Positions 9,342-17,994 of a stretch of DNA of 64,000 nucleotides are shown piece after piece (position 1 is the first letter of the stretch; the number at the start of each line of letters is the position of its first letter). A program made the position numbers and the translations under genes. Below the pieces are notes generated by a model. That model had not been told where the DNA came from. It did no database searches and saw only the letters and a program-made list of their open reading frames with translations. This DNA is from Alphaproteobacteria bacterium (GTDB taxonomy: Bacteria > Pseudomonadota > Alphaproteobacteria > SMXQ01), in contig DASTMO010000020.1 in NCBI GenBank assembly GCA_035714115.1, positions 6,073 through 70,072 of the forward strand, given 5' to 3'.

Positions 9342-10472
9342 GTGCAGCGGCACAGCGTCACGCCTCGCCCCGACTGGCGCGAGCATGTCGAGCGCGACCT
9401 CGGCTTCGCCTTCCACACCATCGACGGCGCGCTCTATTGGGACGAGACGGCCTGCTACAGCTTCACGGCGGCGCAGGTCGACGAGCTCGAGGCGGCGACC
9501 AACGAGCTCGAGCAAATGTCGCTCGCCCTGGTGGGCGACGTCATCTCGAAAGGCGAAGAGGCCTTCGAACGGCTGCGCATTCCGCGCGTCGCCTGGGACG
9601 CCATCGCCGGCAGCTGGCAGGCCGGCGAGAAGAATCTCTATGGCCGCTTCGATCTCGCTTATGACGGCGTCTCGCCGCCGCGCCTGCTGGAATACAACGC
9701 CGACACGCCGACGGCGCTGTTCGAGGCCGCCGTGGTGCAATGGGACTGGCTGCAGTCGCTCTGGCCCGAGCGCGACCAGTTCAACTCGATCCACGAACGG
9801 CTGATCGAGGCCTGGCGCAACTTCGGGCTGGGCGGCGCGCATCTGCATTTCTCCGCCGTGCGCAACCATCTGGAAGACGGCGGCACCGTCGATTATCTGC
9901 GCGACACGGCGATGCAGGCGGGTCTGCTGACCGACCGCATCGCCATCGAGGACATCGGCTGGGATGGCGCGCGCTTTCGCGATCTCGACGGCAACGCCAT
10001 CGAGGCGCTGTTCAAGCTTTATCCCTGGGAATGGCTGGTCGAGGAGCCGTTCGGCGAACATCTCTTGAGCGGCGTGACCAAAGTGATCGAGCCGGCCTGG
10101 AAGATGGTGCTCTCCAACAAAGCGTCGTTGGCGCTCTTGTGGGAGATGGCGCCCAACCATCCGAACCTGCTCGCCGCTTCGCTCGACGCCGGCGGCATCG
10201 CCGGCAAGCAGGCGCGCAAGCCGATCTACAGCCGCGAGGGCGGCAACGTGCAGCTGCTCGACGGCGGCAAGGTGCTGCAGGAGACCGGCGGCATCTATGG
10301 CGCGGAAGGCTTCGTCTACCAGGCCTACGCGCAGATTCCGTCGTTCGACGGCAACCATGCCGTCATCGGCTCCTGGGTCATCGCCAGCGAGGCCGCCGGC
10401 ATCGGCATCCGCGAGGACGTCAGCGCCATCACCAGCGACACCAGCCGTTTCGTGCCGCATTATTTCGAATAG
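9342..10472 (+). CDS. glutathionylspermidine synthase-like ATP-grasp protein (YgiC/YjfC family)
   Basis: 376 aa. Motifs RFDLAYDGVSPPRLLEYNADTPT and YSREGGNV are typical of the GSP_synth pre-ATP-grasp family. GTG start. Confidence 0.85.
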   Translation: MQRHSVTPRPDWREHVERDLGFAFHTIDGALYWDETACYSFTAAQVDELEAATNELEQMSLALVGDVISKGEEAFERLRIPRVAWDAIAGSWQAGEKNLYGRFDLAYDGVSPPRLLEYNADTPTALFEAAVVQWDWLQSLWPERDQFNSIHERLIEAWRNFGLGGAHLHFSAVRNHLEDGGTVDYLRDTAMQAGLLTDRIAIEDIGWDGARFRDLDGNAIEALFKLYPWEWLVEEPFGEHLLSGVTKVIEPAWKMVLSNKASLALLWEMAPNHPNLLAASLDAGGIAGKQARKPIYSREGGNVQLLDGGKVLQETGGIYGAEGFVYQAYAQIPSFDGNHAVIGSWVIASEAAGIGIREDVSAITSDTSRFVPHYFE

Positions 10473-10480
10473 GGGACACC

Positions 10481-10891
10481 ATGACCGCCATCCTGACGTC
10501 GCTCGACACTTTGGGCAGTTTCCTGCTGTTCTTCGCAGTGGCGCTCGCCGCCGTCGCGCTGTTCGTCGCCATCTACATGGCGGTGACGACCCATCATGAG
10601 GCGTCGCTGATCCAGCAGGGCAACAGCGCGGCGGCGATCAGCTTCGGCGGAGCGCTCGTCGGCTTCTCCCTGCCGCTCGCCAGCGTCATCGTCCACAGCC
10701 TGTCGATCGTCGAGATGGCGATCTGGAGCGGCGTGGCGCTGATCGTGCAGATCGTCGTGTTCAAGGTCGTCGACCTGCTGATCCGCGAGGTCTCGCGCCA
10801 TATCGAAGAGGGCAATGTCGCCGCCGGCATCACTCTGGCGTCGGCCTCGATCGCCATCGGCCTGATCAACGCTGCCTGCATGAGCTACTAG
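10481..10891 (+). CDS. DUF350 family inner-membrane protein (YjfL-like)
   Basis: 136 aa with four hydrophobic segments. Follows the GspS-like gene after 8 nt. Confidence 0.7.
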   Translation: MTAILTSLDTLGSFLLFFAVALAAVALFVAIYMAVTTHHEASLIQQGNSAAAISFGGALVGFSLPLASVIVHSLSIVEMAIWSGVALIVQIVVFKVVDLLIREVSRHIEEGNVAAGITLASASIAIGLINAACMSY

Positions 10892-10909
10892 CCCGGCGCG
10901 CAGCCGGGA

Positions 10910-10943
10910 TTATCCAGGTATAAATCGGCATTTATCCTGGTAT
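10910..10943. promoter_or_regulatory. two TTATCCWGGTAT boxes upstream of the MmyB-like regulator gene
   Basis: TTATCCAGGTAT at 10910-10921 and TTATCCTGGTAT at 10932-10943, 10-43 nt upstream of the ATG at 10953. Confidence 0.45.
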
Positions 10944-10952
10944 GATAGGGCC

Positions 10953-11768
10953 ATGCGACGCCCCAGCTTTCAATCCGCCGAAGCCCGCCGCCAGGCGCTC
11001 GGCGATTTCCTGCGCGCCCAGCGCGAACGCCTGACGCCCGCCGAAGCCGGCCTCGGTTTAGGCGGCAGACGGCGCACGCCGGGCCTACGGCGCGAGGAAG
11101 TGGCTCAACTCGGCGGCGTCTCGGCCACCTGGTACACCTGGATCGAGCAGGGCCGCGAGGTCTCCGCCTCGGCCACTGCCCTGGCGCGCCTCGCCGAAGC
11201 GCTGCGCCTATCGCCGGCCGAGCGCGCTTATCTGTTCGAATTGGCGGGCAAGCGCGATCCGGAGGAGGCCGACGAGCCGGCCGCGCCCGAGCCGCCGGTC
11301 GATCTGCAGACCGTCGTCGATATGATCGGTTGCCCGGCCTACGCCATGGACCGTCTCGGCACCGCGCGCGCCTGGAACAAGGCGGCGGCGCATCTGTTCG
11401 TCGGCTGGCTCGACAAGAAGCCAGGCAAAGCTGAGCGCAATCTGTTGCGCTATGTCTTCCTCGAGCCGGCGGCGAAGAAGCTGATCCACGGCTTCGAGGA
11501 GCGCGCCAGCCGCGTGCTCGCCGAATTTCGCGCCGACGCCGGCGCGCATCTCACCGACGATGCGGTGAAAGCCATGATCGAGGAGCTGCGCGCCAAGAGC
11601 GCGCTCTTTGCCAAGCTATGGGACGAACAGGCGGTGCTCGGGCGCGAAGGCGGCATGCGCACCTTCGACCATCCGGTGGACGGCTTCCTGCGCTACCGCC
11701 AGATCGGCTTCTCGCTCGCCGCGCGGCCCGATCTCAAACTGGTCATGCTGGTGCCGGAAGCGGTTTAA
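10953..11768 (+). CDS. XRE-type HTH regulator with MmyB-like C-terminal domain
   Basis: LGDFLRAQRERLTPAEAGL...RRTPGLRREEVAQLGGVSATWYTWIEQGR is the signature N-terminus of MmyB-family regulators. Confidence 0.85.
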   Translation: MRRPSFQSAEARRQALGDFLRAQRERLTPAEAGLGLGGRRRTPGLRREEVAQLGGVSATWYTWIEQGREVSASATALARLAEALRLSPAERAYLFELAGKRDPEEADEPAAPEPPVDLQTVVDMIGCPAYAMDRLGTARAWNKAAAHLFVGWLDKKPGKAERNLLRYVFLEPAAKKLIHGFEERASRVLAEFRADAGAHLTDDAVKAMIEELRAKSALFAKLWDEQAVLGREGGMRTFDHPVDGFLRYRQIGFSLAARPDLKLVMLVPEAV

Positions 11769-11863
11769 CCCTTCCAGCCCGCTCGTTTCGCTCTATCAGC
11801 GTTTCGCAAACAACGGTCGCCCGCGCCGCCGCGCCCTGCTAGAACGCGCCAGCTTTCTGCGAC

Positions 11864-12940
11864 GTGCCTTTAGAAAAGACTGGGAGACGTGCCGTGCTCG
11901 GCGCCTTATTGGGACTTTTGTCCGCGGCGACTTTCGCCTTCAACAATGCCGCCGTGCGCCGCGGCGTGCTGTCCGGCTCCGTGGCGCAGGCCATGGCCAT
12001 CACCGTGCCGGTCGGCCTGCCGATCTTCCTGATCGGCGTCATTTTGATGGATGCTTTCGCGCCGCTGGGCGAATTCACGCTCGCGACATGGTTCTGGCTG
12101 TCGCTCGCCGGCGTGCAGCATTTCATCCTCGGGCGCTATTGCAACTATCGCGCGACCAAGGCGATGGGCGCGGTGCTGACCGGCCCGGTGCAGCAGAGCG
12201 GCCTGATCTTCACGCTGGCCATCGCCGTGCTGGCGCTCGGTGAACAACTCACGCCGCTGCGCATCCTCGGCATCATCCTCGTCATCGGCGGTCCGGCGCT
12301 CTCGCTGCACGACGGCCTCAGCAAGACGAAGGCCAAGCGCCCCAAGCGCGAAGTTTCCGGCGCCGGCAACGACGAGACCGTGATCAAAGTCGCGGCTAAT
12401 GCCGCCGCATCCAAACCGGCCTTCGAGCCGAACTATGTCGAGGGCTACACCCACGCGCTGATCTCGGCGCTGGCGCAGGGCACCAGCCCGATCCTGGTGC
12501 GCTTCGCCCTCGGCGACAAAGGCCTCGGCGCGAGCGTGGCCGGCGGCTTGATCTCTTATGGCGCGGCGACGCTGGTGTTCTGCCTGTTCCTGTTCTGGCC
12601 GGGCCAGTGGCGCCATGTCGTCTCGGTCAACCGCGAGGCGGCGAAATGGTTCACCATCTCGGGCCTGTTCGTCGGCGTCTCGCAGCTCTTCCGCTACATG
12701 GCGCTGGCCGTCGCGCCGGTCTCTGTGGTGACGCCGATCCAGCGCCTGTCGCTGCTGTTCCGCGTCTATTTCGCCCGCCTGATGTCGCGCGACCATGAAG
12801 TGCTCGAAGGCAAGGTGATCTTCGGCACGGTCGTCTCGCTGGTCGGTACGCTGGCGCTTTCGATTAGCACCGAAGTGGTGCTCGAATATGTGCCGCTGCC
12901 CGATTGGCTTGTCACCGTCGCGCGTTGGAGTTGGCCGTAA
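11864..12940 (+). CDS. EamA/DMT family transporter
   Basis: 358 aa with two five-TM EamA-like halves separated by a charged loop. GTG start; start uncertain. Confidence 0.75.
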   Translation: MPLEKTGRRAVLGALLGLLSAATFAFNNAAVRRGVLSGSVAQAMAITVPVGLPIFLIGVILMDAFAPLGEFTLATWFWLSLAGVQHFILGRYCNYRATKAMGAVLTGPVQQSGLIFTLAIAVLALGEQLTPLRILGIILVIGGPALSLHDGLSKTKAKRPKREVSGAGNDETVIKVAANAAASKPAFEPNYVEGYTHALISALAQGTSPILVRFALGDKGLGASVAGGLISYGAATLVFCLFLFWPGQWRHVVSVNREAAKWFTISGLFVGVSQLFRYMALAVAPVSVVTPIQRLSLLFRVYFARLMSRDHEVLEGKVIFGTVVSLVGTLALSISTEVVLEYVPLPDWLVTVARWSWP

Positions 12941-12954
12941 TCGAGGCCGCCCTG

Positions 12955-12987
12955 TAAGCTGAACGGATCCGGGGACCGTTCAGCTTA
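12955..12987. promoter_or_regulatory. perfect 12-bp inverted repeat between the EamA and CMD genes
   Basis: TAAGCTGAACGG atccgggga CCGTTCAGCTTA, abutting the AGAGGGA RBS of the CMD gene. No T-run follows. Confidence 0.4.
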
Positions 12988-13000
12988 AGAGGGAATTTCG

Positions 13001-13333
13001 ATGATCGGACAGCTTGTCGATTCGTCGCCGACGTTGCTCAAGAAACTCCAGCCGGCGCTCGGCGCGCACTACGCCGCCATGCGCGAGGCGGCCTTCAAGT
13101 CGGGGCCGCTGGAAAAGACGACCTGCCAGCTCATCATGCTCGGGGCGTTCGTCTCGGCCGGCTACGAGATGGCCTTTCGCAACCACACGAAATGGTTGAA
13201 AGAGAGCGGCATTCCGAAAGCCGCCGCGGTGCAGGCCGTACTCGTGACGCTCGGTTCGACCAGCGACGTCAATCAGGTCGGCCCGGCGCTGAGTTGGATC
13301 GAGGATGTCTACGGGCCGGATGAGAAGGCCTGA
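13001..13333 (+). CDS. carboxymuconolactone decarboxylase (AhpD-like) family protein
   Basis: 110 aa with a CMD-like helical pattern (LEKTTCQLIMLGAFVSAGYEMAFRNH). RBS AGAGGGA. Confidence 0.7.
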   Translation: MIGQLVDSSPTLLKKLQPALGAHYAAMREAAFKSGPLEKTTCQLIMLGAFVSAGYEMAFRNHTKWLKESGIPKAAAVQAVLVTLGSTSDVNQVGPALSWIEDVYGPDEKA

Positions 13334-13348
13334 CCGCCGATAAAAAGA

Positions 13349-13375
13349 CGGCGCCCGGTCGGCACCGGGCGCCGT
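13349..13375 (+). terminator. hairpin after the CMD gene
   Basis: GGCGCCCGGT cggc ACCGGGCGCC. The T tract is weak. Confidence 0.5.
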
Positions 13376-13458
13376 TGATCCTCGCGTCAGGGCAGACGGA
13401 GGGTGGGAGCTTGCCGATCGATCATCGCAAACGGCAATGACAACTTCGCGACGGGCTT

Positions 13459-14175
13459 TCAGCGGCAGATCGAAAAGCCGCCCATGTCGAGATGGAAATG
13501 ATTGGCGTGGGCGGCGTTGTAGTCCGGGCCGAGCAGGGTCGGGAAAATGCGGCAGGCGCGGGCCTTCACGTCGCGCAGGAATAGCGCCTCTGCATCAGTG
13601 TCTCCGTTGCTCTTGGGCCAATCGCGCAGGATGCTGACGGTCTTGCCGTTGTTCAGGCGGAAGCTGGCGAGGTCGATGGCGTTGGCCGTGGCATGCTGGC
13701 TGCGCCGGCCGCTTTCGCGGCCATAGACGTTGCGGCAGGCATAGGTGCCGAGATGCGTGACGCCGGCAACCGGCTGGCCGAAGGCAGCTTCGGCGGCGGG
13801 TTGCAGCGCGTGGCGCTCGAACAGCGCCAGGCCGACGGCGAGCGGGCAGGTGGCCATGAAGCTGCTGCTGTAAGCGACGCCCGATTGGTTCACGCGCACA
13901 ACATTGCGCAAGGCGCATTCGAGATCGCGGTTGCTGTCGGGCAGCGCCGTGAAGCGCAGCGGCATGCGCGCCAAGGTGGCGAGACATTGGCGCGGATCGT
14001 CAGCCAGGCGCTTGAGCTTGTATTTGGTGAGGGCATTCGGCGCGTCTTCGATATGGAGCGGTCCCCAAGGATTGAGCCGATCGGGGATGCGCAGCGCGCC
14101 CGTCGCGAGCAGCACAGCCGCCGTTACGATTAGGAAAGCGGTTACGCTGAAGATAGTTGCGGCGATTCGCATCAA
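13459..14175 (-). CDS. extensin-like C-terminal domain protein, secreted or anchored
   Basis: 238 aa with an N-terminal TM segment. The C-terminus NAAHANHFHLDMGGFSICR matches the extensin-like C-terminal family common in Rhizobiales. Confidence 0.75.
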   Translation of the reverse strand: MMRIAATIFSVTAFLIVTAAVLLATGALRIPDRLNPWGPLHIEDAPNALTKYKLKRLADDPRQCLATLARMPLRFTALPDSNRDLECALRNVVRVNQSGVAYSSSFMATCPLAVGLALFERHALQPAAEAAFGQPVAGVTHLGTYACRNVYGRESGRRSQHATANAIDLASFRLNNGKTVSILRDWPKSNGDTDAEALFLRDVKARACRIFPTLLGPDYNAAHANHFHLDMGGFSICR

Positions 14176-14205
14176 TGAACGGGGCGCTTGCTGGCAGATG
14201 ATGCA

Positions 14206-14230
14206 AAACGCACCTTATTTCGTCCTGTTC
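14206..14230 (-). promoter_or_regulatory. EcfG-type promoter (perfect GGAAC-N16-CGTT) upstream of the extensin-like gene
   Basis: Plus strand reads AACG-N16-GTTCC, 31 nt from the ATG at 14175. Confidence 0.7.
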
Positions 14231-14303
14231 CTTGATCGGCGACAATCTCGCGCCTAAGTGAACCGCCAGCTTATCTTTCTGTTCATCTCGCGAGTCTTTC
14301 CCC

Positions 14304-15353
14304 ATGCCCACTTTGTTCGATCCGCTGCGCGTCGGCGCGCTGAACCTGCCCAACCGCATCGTCATGGCGCCGCTGACGCGTCAGCGCGCCGAGGCCGTGC
14401 GCGTACCCAATAAGCTGATGGCGGAGTATTACCGCCAGCGCGCCGGCTTCGGCCTCATTCTCACCGAGGCGACGTCGGTGACGCCGATGGGTCTCGGCTA
14501 TGCCGACACGCCGGGCATCTGGTCCGACGAGCAGATCGAAGGCTGGAAGCTGACGACCAAGGCCGTGCATGAGGCGGGCGGGCGCATCGTGCTGCAGCTC
14601 TGGCATGTCGGCCGCATTTCCGATCCGATCTTCCTGGGCGGCGAATTGCCGGTCGCGCCGAGCGCCATCGCGGCAAAGGGCCATGTCAGTCTGGTGCGGC
14701 CCGAGCGCCCCTATGTGACGCCGCGCGCCCTGCGTCGCGACGAACTGGCCGGCGTGATTGCCGCCTATCGCAAGGGCGCGGAGAATGCGCAAAAGGCCGG
14801 CTTCGACGGCGTTGAGCTGCATGGCGCGAACGGCTATCTGCTCGACCAATTCCTGCAGGACGGCGTGAACAAGCGCGACGACGATTACGGTGGCTCGCTC
14901 GAGAACCGCGCGCGGCTAATGGTCGAAGCGGTCGATGCGGCCATTTCGGTGTGGGGCGCCGATCGCGTCGGCCTGCATCTCGCGCCGCGCGGCGACAGCC
15001 ATGACATGAGCGACAGCGATCCGGCGACGACGTTCAGCCATGTCGCGCGCGAGATGGGCAAGCGCAAGCTCGCCTTCATCATGGCGCGCGAATATGAAGG
15101 GCCGGACGCCATCGGCGCCAAGATCAAGGCGGCGTTCGGCGGCGTCTATATCGCCAACGAGAAGTTTGATTTCGCCAGCGCCACGGCGGCGGTGCAGCAG
15201 GGGCGGGCGGATGCGGTCGGCTTCGGCAAGCTCGCCATCGCCAATCCCGATCTGCCGGCGCGCTTCGCCAAGAACGCGGCGCTCAACGAATGGGACAGTT
15301 CGACCTTCTACGTGCCGGGCGCGAAGGGCTACACGGACTACCCGTCGCTCTGA
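14304..15353 (+). CDS. Old Yellow Enzyme family alkene reductase / N-ethylmaleimide reductase
   Basis: 349 aa. MPTLFDPLRVGALNLPNRIVMAPLTR..., HGANGYLLDQF and DDYGGSLENR are OYE signatures. Confidence 0.92.
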   Translation: MPTLFDPLRVGALNLPNRIVMAPLTRQRAEAVRVPNKLMAEYYRQRAGFGLILTEATSVTPMGLGYADTPGIWSDEQIEGWKLTTKAVHEAGGRIVLQLWHVGRISDPIFLGGELPVAPSAIAAKGHVSLVRPERPYVTPRALRRDELAGVIAAYRKGAENAQKAGFDGVELHGANGYLLDQFLQDGVNKRDDDYGGSLENRARLMVEAVDAAISVWGADRVGLHLAPRGDSHDMSDSDPATTFSHVAREMGKRKLAFIMAREYEGPDAIGAKIKAAFGGVYIANEKFDFASATAAVQQGRADAVGFGKLAIANPDLPARFAKNAALNEWDSSTFYVPGAKGYTDYPSL

Positions 15354-15376
15354 CTTCGACAGATCGCTTCAGGCAC

Positions 15377-15406
15377 AAAAAAAGCCCGGCTCGCGCCGGG
15401 CTTTTT
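15377..15406. terminator. bidirectional intrinsic terminator between the OYE reductase gene and cspA
   Basis: An A-run, then AGCCCGGC tcgc GCCGGGCT, then a T-run. Confidence 0.8.
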
Positions 15407-15442
15407 CGTTTCGTCCTAAGACGAACAATCTCAGCGCGAGGA

Positions 15443-15646
15443 TTACTCGGCGCGCAGATTGCCGGCGGCGCTCTTGCCGCGCTCGTTCACGACGTCGTAG
15501 CTGACCTGCTGGCCTTCGTTCAGGCCGCGCAGGCCGGCCTTTTCGACGGCGCTGATATGGACGAACACGTCCTTGCCGCCGTCAGACGGCTGGATGAAGC
15601 CGAAGCCCTTCGTCGCGTTGAACCACTTCACGGTACCGGTTGCCAT
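15443..15646 (-). CDS. cspA: cold-shock protein (CspA family)
   Basis: 67 aa: [20 protein letters not shown]...VFVHISAV, with RNP1 and RNP2 motifs. Confidence 0.95.
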   Translation of the reverse strand: MATGTVKWFNATKGFGFIQPSDGGKDVFVHISAVEKAGLRGLNEGQQVSYDVVNERGKSAAGNLRAE

Positions 15647-15898
15647 TTAAGGCTCCTCTTTAGAAACGCACATATGCGTGTTTGACGGCGCTACAGCAGC
15701 GTCGCCAATCCGAGTTCAGAGCGTTGTCTTGAGCAGCGGCCCGAAGGCGATCAGCAAGGCAGGCTAGAATATCGAATCGCACATATATTTTGGGACGTCG
15801 CGGCGCAAAGCAAGCCCCCTCTTTGGGAAGAGTCCCAAAAATCCGCCTTTTCCGGGCTAAATGTCTCTAATAGGCCACTATTTTGGGCAAAACGGCCC

Positions 15899-17122
15899 TC
15901 AGCCGATGACCTTTTCGGCCCGCAGGGCGGCGATGTCGTCGTCGCGCAGGGCCAGCAATTCGCGCAAAACCTCGTCGGTATGCTGGCCCAGGGTGGGCGG
16001 CGGGCGGCGGTAGCTCGGCGGCGTTTCCGACAGTTTGAGGGGGCTGGCGACCGTTTTCAGCGGCGCCTGACCGGCCAGCGGATGGGCCATCGGCGCGACC
16101 ATCTCGCGGGCGATCACCTGCGGATCGTCGAACACCTGCTGCATGGAATTGATCGGGCCGCAGGGCACGGCGCAATCGTCCAGCCCGTCGACCCAATAGG
16201 CGGTGGGTTGCGTGCGCAGCACGTCGGCGAGCAGAGGCGTGATGATCGCGCGGTTCTTGATGCGCGCGCCCGACGTGGTGAAGCGCGGATCGGCGGAGAT
16301 GTCTTCGCGGCCGGCGAATTTGCAGAAGCGCTGAAACTGGCCGTCGTTGCCGACGGCGAGAATCAGATGGCCGTCCGCCGAGGGAAAAACGTCGTAGGGC
16401 ACGATGGTCGGATGGCTGTTGCCGAGGCGCGGCGGATTCTCGCCGGCGACCAGGAAATATTCGGCGAGGTAGCTCATCCAGGCGACCTGGGTGTCGAGCA
16501 GCGCCATGTCGACCATCTGGCCCTGGCCGGTGGCGTCGCGATGGCGCAGCGCCGAGAGGATGCCGACGGCGGCATACATGCCGCACATCAGATCGGCGAT
16601 GCCGACCGCGACCTTCAGCGGCTGGCCGTCCTTCTCGCCGGTCAGGCTCATGATGCCGCCCATGCCCTGCACGACGAAGTCGTAGCCGGCGCGCGGCGCA
16701 TAAGGCCCTGTCTGGCCGAAGCCGGTGATCGAGCAATAGATCAACTTCGGAAAAGCCGCTTTCAGGCTGGCGTAATCGAGGCCGTGCTTTTCCAGCGAGC
16801 CGACCTTGAAATTCTCCGTCACCACGTCGCATTTGGCGATCAGCTCGCGCGCCAGCGCCTCGCCTTTCGGCGTGGTGAAGTCGAGCGCCAACGAGCGCTT
16901 GTTGCGGTTCGCCGAGAGGTAATAGGCGCTCTCGGTCGTGTCGGCGCCTTGCGGATCCTTCAGGAACGGCGGTCCCCATTTGCGCGTGTCGTCGCCGACG
17001 CCGGGGCGCTCGATCTTGATCACGTCGGCGCCGAGGTCGCCGAGCATCTGGGTGCAGCTTGGCCCCGCCAGCACGCGGGTGATGTCGAAAATGCGGATGC
17101 CGTTGAGAGAGCCGGGGATCAT
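15899..17122 (-). CDS. CaiB/BaiF family III CoA-transferase
   Basis: 407 aa with GIRIFDITRVLAGPSCTQMLGDLGADVIKIE at the N-terminus, typical of family III CoA-transferases. Confidence 0.88.
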   Translation of the reverse strand: MIPGSLNGIRIFDITRVLAGPSCTQMLGDLGADVIKIERPGVGDDTRKWGPPFLKDPQGADTTESAYYLSANRNKRSLALDFTTPKGEALARELIAKCDVVTENFKVGSLEKHGLDYASLKAAFPKLIYCSITGFGQTGPYAPRAGYDFVVQGMGGIMSLTGEKDGQPLKVAVGIADLMCGMYAAVGILSALRHRDATGQGQMVDMALLDTQVAWMSYLAEYFLVAGENPPRLGNSHPTIVPYDVFPSADGHLILAVGNDGQFQRFCKFAGREDISADPRFTTSGARIKNRAIITPLLADVLRTQPTAYWVDGLDDCAVPCGPINSMQQVFDDPQVIAREMVAPMAHPLAGQAPLKTVASPLKLSETPPSYRRPPPTLGQHTDEVLRELLALRDDDIAALRAEKVIG

Positions 17123-17598
17123 GGGGCGCTGCGCTTCAAGTGGGAGAGATGGTCGAGAAAGCCTTGCAGGATGACGGCGGCGGCCATCTTGTCTACCACC
17201 TCAGCTTGACGTTTGCGCGACAGGTCGGCGTCGATCATGACGCGATGGGCGGCGACAGTGGACAGGCGTTCGTCCCAAAAGACGATATCGATGTCTTGAA
17301 CCGCCAGCAGATTCTGGGCGAACTGGCGCACCGATTGGCAGCGCGGCCCTTCGCTGCCGTCCATGTTGAGCGGCAGGCCGAGCACCAGGGCGCCGATCTC
17401 ATGCTGCTGGACCATGGCGAACAGCTTTTTGGCGTCGTCGCCGAACTTGCCGCGGCGCAGGGTCTCGGTCGGCGTGGCGATCATGCCGAGCACGTCCGAC
17501 AGGGCCAAGCCGACGGTTTTGCTGCCGATGTCGAGGCCGAGAAAACGCTGGTAGGAGCCGCTTTTTGCAGCCAGGTCCGCAGGGTTGCGAAGGGGCAT
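17119..17598 (-). CDS. ruvX: Holliday junction resolvase-like nuclease RuvX (YqgF)
   Basis: 159 aa with LGLDIGSKTVGLALSD and DERLST motifs. 4-nt overlap with the downstream CoA-transferase gene. Confidence 0.9.
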   Translation of the reverse strand: MPLRNPADLAAKSGSYQRFLGLDIGSKTVGLALSDVLGMIATPTETLRRGKFGDDAKKLFAMVQQHEIGALVLGLPLNMDGSEGPRCQSVRQFAQNLLAVQDIDIVFWDERLSTVAAHRVMIDADLSRKRQAEVVDKMAAAVILQGFLDHLSHLKRSAP

Positions 17599-17704
17599 GG
17601 TCGGGTGTTAACGTGCCGGCTCAGGCGGTTCGAGCCATGAAATTTGCTAGATTTTTCCTGGGCTTGGGTACCGCCACCCCATCCGGTCGGAGACACTAAA
17701 ACAG

Positions 17705-17992
17705 ATGTCGTTGGACAAAGCCACCGTCGCGAAAATCGCGCGCCTCGCCCGCATCCGCGTCGGCGAGGAAGAACAGGATTCGCTCGCCGGCGAGCTCAAC
17801 CAGATCATGACCTGGATCGAGCAGCTCAACGAGGTGAACACCGACGGCGTGCAGCCGATGACGGGCGTCGGCGCGACCAAGCTGCCGCTGCGCGAGGACA
17901 AGGTCACCGACGGCGGCTACCCCGAGAAGGTGCTGGCCAACGCGACCGACGCGAAAGACGGCTTCTTCAGCGTGCCGAAGGTGGTGGAGTAA
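17705..17992 (+). CDS. gatC: Asp/Glu-tRNA(Asn/Gln) amidotransferase subunit C
   Basis: 95 aa, [23 protein letters not shown]... First gene of the gatCAB order. Confidence 0.93.
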   Translation: MSLDKATVAKIARLARIRVGEEEQDSLAGELNQIMTWIEQLNEVNTDGVQPMTGVGATKLPLREDKVTDGGYPEKVLANATDAKDGFFSVPKVVE

Positions 17993-17994
17993 TC

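Noticed and set aside
8688-10460. 590-aa minus-strand ORF
   Set aside because: It is antisense to the DUF1190 and GspS-like genes, has low-complexity Arg/Ala-rich content and shows no motifs.
15664-15683. Apparent 20-bp palindrome AAACGCACATATGCGTGTTT in the cspA leader
   Set aside because: On checking base by base it is imperfect: only the CATATG core and outer A/T ends pair, with a mismatch and a wobble in between. It is too weak to call as a structure or operator.
17644-17994. N-terminal extension of the gatA ORF
   Set aside because: It overlaps gatC in another frame. The conserved GatA N-terminus starts at 17995, right after the gatC stop.
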